Part shown: positions 1 to 8,290 of the stretch, piece after piece
Layout of the letters: every line of letters starts with the position of its first letter
Position numbering within the stretch: the first letter of the stretch is position 1
Source of the DNA: Candidatus Haladaptatiplasma halalkaliphilum
GTDB taxonomy: Archaea; Thermoplasmatota; Thermoplasmata; Halarchaeoplasmatales; Halarchaeoplasmataceae
Direction: 5' to 3'
DNA length: 45,109 bases
NCBI GenBank assembly: GCA_019594055.1
Contig: JAFDTY010000003.1
Span: 1-45,109, forward strand
The notes under the pieces: model-generated
Told to the model about the DNA's origin: nothing
The model's database searches: none
Seen by the model: the letters and a program-made list of their open reading frames with translations, nothing else
Program-made: the position numbers and the translations under genes

Positions 1-1616
1 AGGAACCTCCCGCAGGGCCGAACGAGGAAGCCATGGACGTGTCCCTAAAGATGGCTCTCTTGATGAATGCCAAGGTGCTCGACGAGATACAATTCATGAG
101 GAAGATAGTCATCGACGGTTCCAACACCACGGGGTTCCAGAGAACCGGCCTCCTTGCGGTCAACGGAATCATCGAGGTGAATGGAAAAGAGATAGGGATA
201 CCATCCATCTGCATCGAGGAGGACGCCGCCCGTATCATAGATGAAAAGAAAGGGGTGAAAACGTACAGGCTGGATAGATTGGGTATACCACTTATAGAGA
301 TAGTGACCACCCCGGTGATCGAGAGTCCAGAAGAAGCAAGGGATGTTGCCCAGACCATAGGCGGACTGCTCCGTGCCACCCGCATGGTCAAGAGGGGTCT
401 GGGCACCATACGTGAAGATGTTAACATATCCATAACCAGGGGTGCCAGGGTGGAGATAAAGGGTGTGCAGGACCTCAGGATGCTTCCGGAATACGTAAGG
501 GAAGAGGTACAAAGGCAGGGTCGTCTCCTGAATGCAAGGGAAATACTGGTGAAAAGGAATGCCAAACCGGATACCAGGATAGTCGAGCTCACATCCGTGT
601 TCGAGAACACGGGATGCAAGGTCATATCCCCGAACATAAAGAAGGGCAAGGGCGTCTACGGCATACGCCTAAGGGGTTTTTCGGGTACATTGAGGGGGAA
701 ATGGGGGGAGGGCATCCTGGGGCCCGAGCTTGCATCCCATGCGAGAATAGCAGGTGTATCGGGCATATTCCACAGCGATGAGCTTCCGGGCTTCGGTATA
801 ACACAAGGGGAGATCAACCGGGTGGTCAAGTTACTCTCGGTGGAAAAGAACGACGCCTTCGTAATGGTCTGTGACGGTAAGGAAAGGGCAAGGAAGGCAA
901 TAAAGTTGGTATTCCGGCGGGCGAAAACCGCCCTTGAGGGCGTACCCGAAGAGACCAGGAACGCACGACTGGACGGTACGACAGTGTATTCCAGACCCCT
1001 ATCCGGGGGTGCAAGGATGTACCCCGAGACGGACATACCCCCTTATGCCATCGACCCGGAGCGTCTGGAAAAGCTCAGCGGGGAACTGCCCGAAACACCC
1101 GAGCAGCGGGTAAAACGATACCAGGTTGATTACGGGCTGAATCGTGAACAGACCATACAGTTGTTCAGAAAGGGCTACGATATGGTGTTCGAGGATATCG
1201 CAGATGCCTACGGAAATCCCAGTGTGGTGGCCAATACATTCCTGCAATCATACCCCCAACTGGAGAAGGAAGGCTACGAACCCTCGGTGATAGAAGAGGA
1301 ACAACTGAAGGAACTCTTCAAAGGGTTGAACCGGGATGAGTTCGCCAAGGAAGGGATACCCGAATTGCTGAAGTACATGAGCAGGGGTAAGAGCATGGAG
1401 GAGGCCCTGAAGGAGGCCGGCATAGAAGGTGTGGACATGGTCCATGTAAGAAAAAGGATAGGTGCCATACTGGATGAAAGGCATGATTTCATCAAGGAAA
1501 GGGGAATATCAGCCCTGGGTCCATTGATGGGCGTGGTGATGAAGGAGTTCCGTGGCAAGGTGGACGGCAAGAGGTTAAGTTCGATACTGAAGGAGGAGCT
1601 GCTCAAGAGGGTTTGA
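1..1616 (+). CDS. gatE: Glu-tRNA(Gln) amidotransferase subunit E, 5'-truncated by the window edge
   Basis: Motifs FMRKIVIDGSNTTGFQRT, IEEDAAR, RLDRLGIPLIEI, KRGLGTIREDVNISI, RMYPETDIP. The frame is open from position 3 (EPPAGPNEEAM...), so the ATG at 33 is internal. Confidence 0.96.
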   Translation, partial: EPPAGPNEEAMDVSLKMALLMNAKVLDEIQFMRKIVIDGSNTTGFQRTGLLAVNGIIEVNGKEIGIPSICIEEDAARIIDEKKGVKTYRLDRLGIPLIEIVTTPVIESPEEARDVAQTIGGLLRATRMVKRGLGTIREDVNISITRGARVEIKGVQDLRMLPEYVREEVQRQGRLLNAREILVKRNAKPDTRIVELTSVFENTGCKVISPNIKKGKGVYGIRLRGFSGTLRGKWGEGILGPELASHARIAGVSGIFHSDELPGFGITQGEINRVVKLLSVEKNDAFVMVCDGKERARKAIKLVFRRAKTALEGVPEETRNARLDGTTVYSRPLSGGARMYPETDIPPYAIDPERLEKLSGELPETPEQRVKRYQVDYGLNREQTIQLFRKGYDMVFEDIADAYGNPSVVANTFLQSYPQLEKEGYEPSVIEEEQLKELFKGLNRDEFAKEGIPELLKYMSRGKSMEEALKEAGIEGVDMVHVRKRIGAILDERHDFIKERGISALGPLMGVVMKEFRGKVDGKRLSSILKEELLKRV

Positions 1617-1617
1617 G

Positions 1618-2970
1618 ATGGGTAGGGATAACGAGCAGGAGCTGGATACCCTTGCGGGTAGGTTGAGGAACGGGAACGCCGACGAAAGGGCCGAGTCGGC
1701 AAAGGCCTTGGGTTTGCTCGGTGACCCGGGAGCGGAAAAATATCTGGTAAAGTCCCTTGAGGACGAGGACGAGACAGTGCGGTCCAATTCCGCCCTTGCA
1801 CTGGGGCAGATAGGATGCAATGCAAGTATATTGACGGAAACACTGTCCGACGATTCCTGGCAGGTGAGGCATGACGGTGTAATCGCCTTTGGTCGTGTTG
1901 CCTCCCGGGAACACATGGACAAGGTCATCCCCTTGACAAAAGATCAGGTTAAAGAGGTGAGGGAACAGGCCATAAGAACGCTGGCAAGGATAGGTGGCAT
2001 CCGGGCACTGCCCGCGGTACTGGATTACATGGCGGATGCGGGGCCCGTGCCGGAAGTCGCAGAGGCACTGGACATGGTCCATTCCCCGGAGACCGTGAAA
2101 CCCCTTACCGAACTTTACCATCAGGGAGATCAACATGTCCGGGAGATAGTCGTCAAGGCACTGGGTAGATACCGTACCGGTGAAGCCGTCGATACCCTCA
2201 TAACCGCCCTTGGAGATGGTAGCTGGAGGATCAGGGAGGAGGCAGCTGCCGCCCTTGGTGATTTTCAGGATGAGAGGATACTTTCACATCTTGTCAAACG
2301 CCTGAGCGACGATAATTCATACGTGGTGGAGAAGACCCTGAAGAGTATTGGGAAACTCGGGGACGAAAGGGTGGTCGAAAGGATAAAAAAGATGCTTGAA
2401 CATGAAGATGCATCGGTAAGGGCCGCAGCCTCCGAAGCGCTCGGTATGATAGGGGGTGAAGCCGCCGTGGAAACCCTCCTTTCCATGCTTCACGCCGAAA
2501 GGAATCCCATGGTAGTTTGGTCCGTGGCGGATGCCCTGGGTGCCGCGGCAAGAGGTACGAAAACACCCCGCATAGGAAAGGAGATGAAAAATGCACCGGA
2601 TGATCACGCGTGTGTATTGGCCGTGGCCCTGGGGAACGCTGGAGACCCCGATTCGGTCGACATATTGTTAAAGGGTATGGTACATCCAAGCTGGAAGTTC
2701 AGGCAAAAGTCAGTGGAAGCGATCACAAAGGTGGATCTGACAGGATCGAGTGAAACAAGGTTGAAAAGGGTGGTAAAATCACTTGAAAAGGCCCTTTCCG
2801 ACCCGGACAGATGGGTGCGAGTTTCCGCGGCGAAGACTCTGGGGGACATGGCCACCAGGGACCATTTGGAAGGGCACCGGGATCATATGTTGAAGATACT
2901 TGCTGCAAGATCGAAGAAGGAGAGTGACCAGGACGTTTTAGCCGCCTTGAAAGATAGTATCTCACGGTAA
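1618..2970 (+). CDS. HEAT-repeat (PBS-lyase-like) protein
   Basis: Many roughly 31-aa helical repeats of the form LxDxxxxVRxxAAxALG. Starts 1 nt after the gatE stop. Confidence 0.88.
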   Translation: MGRDNEQELDTLAGRLRNGNADERAESAKALGLLGDPGAEKYLVKSLEDEDETVRSNSALALGQIGCNASILTETLSDDSWQVRHDGVIAFGRVASREHMDKVIPLTKDQVKEVREQAIRTLARIGGIRALPAVLDYMADAGPVPEVAEALDMVHSPETVKPLTELYHQGDQHVREIVVKALGRYRTGEAVDTLITALGDGSWRIREEAAAALGDFQDERILSHLVKRLSDDNSYVVEKTLKSIGKLGDERVVERIKKMLEHEDASVRAAASEALGMIGGEAAVETLLSMLHAERNPMVVWSVADALGAAARGTKTPRIGKEMKNAPDDHACVLAVALGNAGDPDSVDILLKGMVHPSWKFRQKSVEAITKVDLTGSSETRLKRVVKSLEKALSDPDRWVRVSAAKTLGDMATRDHLEGHRDHMLKILAARSKKESDQDVLAALKDSISR

Positions 2971-2974
2971 AGGC

Positions 2975-2992
2975 TTCAAAAAGTTATTATAG
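2975..2992 (+). promoter_or_regulatory. BRE/TATA promoter of the prsW-mfnA-dph2 unit (probably leaderless)
   Basis: CAAAAAG followed by TTATTATA (2984-2991), about 24 nt before ATG 3015. Confidence 0.55.
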
Positions 2993-3014
2993 CTCAGTGC
3001 TTTCGAAAATTTTG

Positions 3015-3767
3015 ATGGTTCAAAATACGATAATCCTCATCGTAGTTCTCCTTTCCGCGGCCTTCATCCCATCCCTTATTTACATGGTATGGATCAGGAA
3101 CACCGAAAGGTACGGAAAGGTGAGCTGGGGTGACATGGCCAAGATGTTCCTGTGGGGTGCGGTGGTCGCGGTTATCATGGCCGTCATACTTTCCATAATC
3201 TTCATCAATGTTCTCTCCACGGATTATCTTCAGAGGGAATACGAACCCCTCCAGGATCCCACGGTCATGACCCTTGTCATAGTGTGTGTGGTGGCCCCCA
3301 TCGTTGAGGAGTTCACCAAGGTCCTCGGACTTTTTACCGTTAAGGATTCCATATTCGAGCTGGAGGACGGATTGGTACTGGGTGCCGGTTCGGGCCTGGG
3401 CTTTGCAGCCACTGAGAACCTGCTCTACGAAAGCAACGCCCTGTTCCAGCACGGCGTCCAGGCCTTCATCGTGGTGGTCATCCTGAGAAGCATAGCAAGT
3501 ACGTTGCTGCACGGTAGCGCCAGCGCCGTTGCGGGGTACGGAGTATCCCGGACACTGTTGACCGGTCGTTATTCGGTGATACCCTATTATTTTGTGGCCG
3601 TGTTGATGCACGGGGGCTTCAATTACTTGGCCTCGGTGGGTCTGATCTACGGTGGCAACATTCCAGTGATCGCCCTTGTGGCCGCCCTGTTCTTCTCGGT
3701 GATAGCCTTCAAAATAGTAAGACGCAAGATAACCGACCTTGACGAGGATTTTACGTACTACGGATGA
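3015..3767 (+). CDS. PrsW-family intramembrane glutamic protease
   Basis: Multi-TM protein with APIVEEFTK, GLGFAATEN, LLH and HGGFN motifs. ATG 3015 is preferred over GTG 2997 because of the TATA spacing. Confidence 0.88.
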   Translation: MVQNTIILIVVLLSAAFIPSLIYMVWIRNTERYGKVSWGDMAKMFLWGAVVAVIMAVILSIIFINVLSTDYLQREYEPLQDPTVMTLVIVCVVAPIVEEFTKVLGLFTVKDSIFELEDGLVLGAGSGLGFAATENLLYESNALFQHGVQAFIVVVILRSIASTLLHGSASAVAGYGVSRTLLTGRYSVIPYYFVAVLMHGGFNYLASVGLIYGGNIPVIALVAALFFSVIAFKIVRRKITDLDEDFTYYG

Positions 3768-3771
3768 TGAT

Positions 3772-4908
3772 ATGATGAACGCAAAATTTCCCGAGAAAGG
3801 AACTGAAAAAGACCAGGTGTTGTCCATTATAGATAAGATAAGGAGGATGAACCTGGAGTATTCCTACGGACGTGTGTTCGGTTCCATGTGCACGAAACCC
3901 CATGACATCGCCCTCCGGGTCCACGGCATGTTCCTCGAGGCGAACCTCGGTAACCCCGGCCTGTGCAGAGGGGTCCTCGAACTACAGAATGAGATACACG
4001 GTGCCATCGGTGAACTCATCAACGCCCCGGGGGACTATGAAGTGCTCACCACAGGGGGCGGTACCGAGGGAAATATTCTAGCTCTTTGGCAGGCGAGAAA
4101 GGAATCCGGCAGGAAAACGGTATTGCTCCCTACGAGTGCCCATTTTTCATTTCTCAAGGCCTGTGACCTTTTGGATATGAAACCGGTCTATATACCCATG
4201 AACGAAGATTATCTACCCGATCTCGATGCCCTGGAAGGCATGATAGATGATAATACGGCAGCCGTGGTCGGTGTTGCGGGCACCACGGAATTAGGTCTGG
4301 TGGAGCCCATAAGAGAGATGGCGGACATATGCGGCGACATACATCTCCATGTTGACGCTGCCTTCGGGGGCCTGGTGATCCCTTTCCTAAGGGAACTGGG
4401 CCGCGATATACCGGATTTCGATTTTGTTATAGAGGGTGTTGACTCTGTCACCATAGATCCTCACAAGATGGGTTTTTCCACCATACCCCTCGGATTGTAT
4501 TACTCGAGACGGCGGTTTCCCGTATCCGTGGAATCGCCCTACCTCAGCGGCGACAGGCAGCGAACCCTCAGGGGAACCAGGACCAGTGCTTCCATACCCG
4601 CATATTGGACAACGATAAAACTGCTTGGAAAGGAGGGGTACAGGGCGCTGGTTGCCAGATGCATGGAAAACACGGAATATCTAGTGGAATCCATGGTTTC
4701 TCTCGGTATGGAACCCATAGTCGAACCGGTGATGAACATAGCATCTTTCCATCATACGGAAGCACAACGGATAGTGAGGGAAATGGAGGCAAAGGGTTGG
4801 AACATATCGAGAACGGTGAATCCTCCCGGCCTGAGGTTCGTGATCATGCCCCATGTTGATAGGGCGAACATCGATCATATGAGAGAAGAGCTTGCAAAGG
4901 TGATCTGA
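3772..4908 (+). CDS. mfnA: PLP-dependent L-tyrosine/L-aspartate decarboxylase (MfnA family)
   Basis: GSMCT, NLGNPG, GGTEGN, AGTTELG, HVDAAFGG and PLP-lysine motif DPHKMG. Start is ATG 3772 or 3775. Confidence 0.88.
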   Translation: MMNAKFPEKGTEKDQVLSIIDKIRRMNLEYSYGRVFGSMCTKPHDIALRVHGMFLEANLGNPGLCRGVLELQNEIHGAIGELINAPGDYEVLTTGGGTEGNILALWQARKESGRKTVLLPTSAHFSFLKACDLLDMKPVYIPMNEDYLPDLDALEGMIDDNTAAVVGVAGTTELGLVEPIREMADICGDIHLHVDAAFGGLVIPFLRELGRDIPDFDFVIEGVDSVTIDPHKMGFSTIPLGLYYSRRRFPVSVESPYLSGDRQRTLRGTRTSASIPAYWTTIKLLGKEGYRALVARCMENTEYLVESMVSLGMEPIVEPVMNIASFHHTEAQRIVREMEAKGWNISRTVNPPGLRFVIMPHVDRANIDHMREELAKVI

Positions 4909-5876
4909 TGACCGTCACCGTGGGTGGATTCGAATTCGACATTGAAGGGATGAACGAGAAACTGAAAAGGGAGGGCATCGGGAAAATACTCCTTCAGGTA
5001 CCAGACGGTTTGAGGAGAAAAATCGGTGTGTTCCAGGATGCCATAGAGGCGGAAGTGACTGTGTGGGGTGGTACATGTTACGGTGCATGCGATCTACCCT
5101 TGGATATAGGTGAATCCGAAGCCCTGGTCCATGTTGGTCATACGGAGATACCTGGTTTAAAAGTGGATTATCCGGTATTCTATGTAGAGGGACGTAACAC
5201 CGTCTCCAGACCACACCCCCAAGATTTATCCGAAATGATGGTGGGAGAAGTCGCCCTCTATTCAACGGTCCAGTATCTTGAGCAGATGGACAGTGTGGCT
5301 CGGTATCTGGAGGATAGGGGGTGTACCGTGGCGATCGGAAAGGGTGATGACCGAATAAAGTATCCGGGTCAGCTGCTGGGATGTAATTTTTCCGCAAGGG
5401 TGGACGGTGCGCTCACTCACCTGTACGTGGGAACCGGACGATTTCACCCCCTGGGTCTGTCACTTTCCCTAAAAAAGGAAGTATTGATATTCGACCCCGT
5501 TACCGGTGAGATGGGCAGTACCTATCCGGATGCGGACAGGATGATAAGGAGGCGGTTTGCCACGATACAGCGGATACGTGAGAGCACCCGAACAGGCATA
5601 ATTGTTTCTCAGAAGCAGGGTCAGAGACGGTTTGATACCGCCAGAGATATGTGTCGATTGTGTGAGGTGCACTGCACCGTGGTCGAATTTGACGAGATAG
5701 AGCCCCACCTAGTGGACTCTTTTGATTGGGACGGACTGGTGAACACAGCATGTCCGAGATTGGCCCTGGACGATTCCATACGGTTCGAGGATCCCGTGGT
5801 CACACCCGTGGAGTACATCATCGCTCAAGGCGAAATGGACTGGGAGGACTGGACCATGGACGAGATAAAGGGTTGA
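4908..5876 (+). CDS. dph2: Diphthamide biosynthesis radical-SAM enzyme Dph2
   Basis: LQVPDGL, CYGACD, GQLLGC, GRFH and TACPR supply the three Fe-S cysteines. TGATG stop/start overlap with mfnA. Confidence 0.93.
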   Translation: MTVTVGGFEFDIEGMNEKLKREGIGKILLQVPDGLRRKIGVFQDAIEAEVTVWGGTCYGACDLPLDIGESEALVHVGHTEIPGLKVDYPVFYVEGRNTVSRPHPQDLSEMMVGEVALYSTVQYLEQMDSVARYLEDRGCTVAIGKGDDRIKYPGQLLGCNFSARVDGALTHLYVGTGRFHPLGLSLSLKKEVLIFDPVTGEMGSTYPDADRMIRRRFATIQRIRESTRTGIIVSQKQGQRRFDTARDMCRLCEVHCTVVEFDEIEPHLVDSFDWDGLVNTACPRLALDDSIRFEDPVVTPVEYIIAQGEMDWEDWTMDEIKG

Positions 5877-5877
5877 T

Positions 5878-6225
5878 TCAGACCTTCGAACTGTCGTAAT
5901 CGATGACCACGCCTCTCTCCTTGTAAGTGGTCACTATCATCATGCTTTTCACATTCTCTATGCCGGGCAGGTTGGATGCCTTTCTGATGAGAAAATCTTT
6001 CATATGGTCATAGTCCATGAATCGTGCTTTCAGGATAAGGTCCACATCACCCGTTACAAGGAAAATATCCTCAATATTCTCGTATTCGGAGAGCTTTTCC
6101 GCCACCTGATCTATCTGCTTGGTATCTACATTGAGGGTTATTATCAAGCTTACACCTCTACCCTGGTAGTAGTTGGATAATACCTCATCGTACTCTTCGT
6201 TTTTTTCCAAATTCATTTTTACCAT
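5878..6225 (-). CDS. Lrp/AsnC ligand-binding (RAM) domain protein without an HTH
   Basis: VAEKLSEYENIEDIFLVTGDVDLILK is typical of the AsnC C-terminal domain. No N-terminal HTH in 115 aa. Confidence 0.82.
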   Translation of the reverse strand: MVKMNLEKNEEYDEVLSNYYQGRGVSLIITLNVDTKQIDQVAEKLSEYENIEDIFLVTGDVDLILKARFMDYDHMKDFLIRKASNLPGIENVKSMMIVTTYKERGVVIDYDSSKV

Positions 6226-6267
6226 CTCTCTTTGGGATTAAATACGGTTGTGACGCATCAAAGATGA

Positions 6268-6435
6268 TCATAGTGTATTTTCTATTTCCTCCTGAATGTC
6301 TTCGTAGACCTGATGAATAAGGCTTTCAAAATCCGTGTTCTCATATTCAACATATCTTCCGAGTCCGACCTGTATCTTAGCCCGATACGCTTTTTCTTCT
6401 TTTACTATTTCGATAGAGCATAGGATTTCTTCCAT
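6268..6435 (-). CDS. Small acidic hypothetical protein, 55 aa (not in the ORF track)
   Basis: Translated by hand: MEEILCSIEIVKEEKAYRAKIQVGLGRYVEYENTDFESLIHQVYEDIQEEIENTL*. GAGGTG Shine-Dalgarno 5 nt upstream, TATA at 6473-6480. Confidence 0.8.
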   Translation of the reverse strand: MEEILCSIEIVKEEKAYRAKIQVGLGRYVEYENTDFESLIHQVYEDIQEEIENTL

Positions 6436-6470
6436 CCAGACACCTCGATTTGCCGTATCAATATAGAGGA

Positions 6471-6487
6471 CATATATAAACCTTGCT
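6471..6487 (-). promoter_or_regulatory. TATA box for the small ORF / Lrp-domain unit
   Basis: Minus strand reads GCAAGG TTTATATA upstream of the SD and ATG 6435. Confidence 0.6.
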
Positions 6488-6542
6488 TAGGGTCACCAGC
6501 CAGGTTACTGTCCGGCATTCGGGGAAGGTAACAGGGTCATGC

Positions 6543-6557
6543 GCCAAAGTTTTATAG
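6543..6557 (+). promoter_or_regulatory. BRE/TATA promoter of rps6e-eif2g
   Basis: GCCAAAG TTTTATAG, about 45 nt before ATG 6602, which is preceded by an AAGGTG SD-like site. Confidence 0.55.
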
Positions 6558-6601
6558 TAGTAACATATAATCCACCCTCGTACAAACAAAGGTGTATCCA
6601 A

Positions 6602-6997
6602 ATGGCAGAACTTCAGGTTGTAATAGCTGACCCAAAAGAAGGTAAGAGCTACCAGACGAAAGTGGAAAAGACCCATTTAGCCAGATTGGTGGGGCTAAGA
6701 ATAGGTGACGAGATAGATGGCATATTCGTGGGTCTTCCGGGTTACAAACTGGTCATCACCGGTGGCAGTGACATAGATGGATTCCCCATGAAAAAGGGAA
6801 TACCTGGGCCCGGTAGGAAGAAGATAATGGGGAAGGGAGGCATAGGATTCAAGTCCAATCCCAACAACATCAGAATGAAAAAGATGGTAAGGGGTAATAC
6901 CATCTCGCAAAATATCGCCCAATTGAACATGAAGGTGACGGAGTACGGCCCCAGAAATATTCCTGACCTTTTTGAGAGTGGGAAGGGAGATAACTGA
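6602..6997 (+). CDS. rps6e: 30S ribosomal protein S6e
   Basis: LVGLRIGDEIDG, GYKLVITGGSDIDGFPM, VRGNTIS and QLN motifs. ATG 6602 is the likely start rather than 6539. Confidence 0.96.
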   Translation: MAELQVVIADPKEGKSYQTKVEKTHLARLVGLRIGDEIDGIFVGLPGYKLVITGGSDIDGFPMKKGIPGPGRKKIMGKGGIGFKSNPNNIRMKKMVRGNTISQNIAQLNMKVTEYGPRNIPDLFESGKGDN

Positions 6998-8229
6998 TGA
7001 TCGTTCCGGAACAGCCTGAGATCAATATAGGGCTGGTGGGTCATGTCGACCATGGAAAGACAACACTTACAAAGGCACTCAGCGGAGAGTGGACGGACAG
7101 GCATTCGGAGGAAACGAAAAGAGGCATCAGCATCAGACTCGGGTATGCGGATGCAGCGTTTTTCAAATGTCCCCTGTGCCAGGGTAGCGAAGCCTACACC
7201 ACACTCGGTAAATGTATAGTTCATGATACGGAAACCAAATATTTGAGGTCTGTTTCGTTCGTGGACTCGCCTGGTCACGAAACCCTCATGGCGACCATGC
7301 TGTCGGGCGCATCCATGATGGACGGTGCTCTTCTCATAATAGGTGCAAACGAAGTCTGCCCCCAACCTCAGACCCAGGAGCATCTCATGGGTCTTGACAT
7401 ATCCGATGTTAACAACATCATCATAGTACAAAATAAGATAGACCTGGTAACTTCGACACGAGCCAAGGAAAATTACAATGAGATAAGGAATTTCATCCGG
7501 GGGACCATAGCAGAGGGTGCACCCATAATCCCCGTATCGGCACACCATGACGTTAACATAGATGCCTTGATCCATGCCATAGAGGAATACATTCCGTCAA
7601 AAGATATTGACAAGTCACAAAGTCCTCTGATGGCCATCGCCAGGTCCTTCGACATCAACCAACCGGGCATCCCCATCAAAAATATGAAAGGGGGTGTCGT
7701 GGGCGGTTGTCTCGTGCGGGGCGTACTGAAGGTAGGAGACGAGGTCGAGATCGCCCCCGGTTACAGGGTCGAATCCGGTGGTGAATCCGGTTGGGGGCGG
7801 TACATAACGACGGTCACATCTCTAACATCCGGTCAGTTTAGTCTTGACGAGGTGAGGCCCGGCGGACTGATTGGCGTGGGCACCAACCTTGACCCCGTGA
7901 TAACCAAGGCGGATTCACTGGCCGGCCACGTACTCGGGTATCCGGGAGAATTACCTCCTATCCTCGAGGAATTTGAAATGGAAACACATTTACTCAAAAG
8001 GGTGGTGGGGGTAGATAGTAACATAGAGGTTGAAAACATTAAAACTCGTGAACCTTTGATGCTCACCGTAGGTACCGCAACCACCGTTGGAGTTGTCAAT
8101 TCCGCAAGAGATGGAGAGGCGTCGGTTAAACTGAAGAGGGCGGTGTGTGCAAATAGTGGCCAAAGGATCGCAATAAGCAGGCGGATCTCCGGCAAGTGGC
8201 ATCTGTTGGGTTACGGCGTCATCAAATAA
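6997..8229 (+). CDS. eif2g: Translation initiation factor aIF2 gamma subunit
   Basis: GHVDHGKT, RGISIRLGYAD, zinc-knuckle cysteines, DSPGHE and NKID. Confidence 0.97.
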   Translation: MIVPEQPEINIGLVGHVDHGKTTLTKALSGEWTDRHSEETKRGISIRLGYADAAFFKCPLCQGSEAYTTLGKCIVHDTETKYLRSVSFVDSPGHETLMATMLSGASMMDGALLIIGANEVCPQPQTQEHLMGLDISDVNNIIIVQNKIDLVTSTRAKENYNEIRNFIRGTIAEGAPIIPVSAHHDVNIDALIHAIEEYIPSKDIDKSQSPLMAIARSFDINQPGIPIKNMKGGVVGGCLVRGVLKVGDEVEIAPGYRVESGGESGWGRYITTVTSLTSGQFSLDEVRPGGLIGVGTNLDPVITKADSLAGHVLGYPGELPPILEEFEMETHLLKRVVGVDSNIEVENIKTREPLMLTVGTATTVGVVNSARDGEASVKLKRAVCANSGQRIAISRRISGKWHLLGYGVIK

Positions 8230-8271
8230 ACGCATACCAAAAGTTTACGGTTTATAAAATCTTCTAATTAA

Positions 8272-8290
8272 CGTATAATAAAGGTAAAAA
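8272..8290 (-). terminator. U-rich terminator of the 5S rRNA gene
   Basis: Minus strand reads TTTTTACCTTTTATTATAC directly after the 3' strand of helix I. Confidence 0.6.

Noticed and set aside
2994-3827. 277-aa antisense ORF, and similar shadows such as 6742-7575, 13359-14054, 18194-18880 and 31432-32208
   Set aside because: They lie fully opposite well-supported genes and have no motifs or start signals. They are expected from codon bias.
3772-4908. Evidence that the organism is a methanogen
   Set aside because: MfnA homologues also supply beta-alanine for CoA in non-methanogenic archaea, and no methanogenesis genes are in the window.
6503-6531. Possible hairpin (GTTAC...GTAAC) between the divergent promoters
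   Set aside because: The stem is short and imperfect, within chance expectation.
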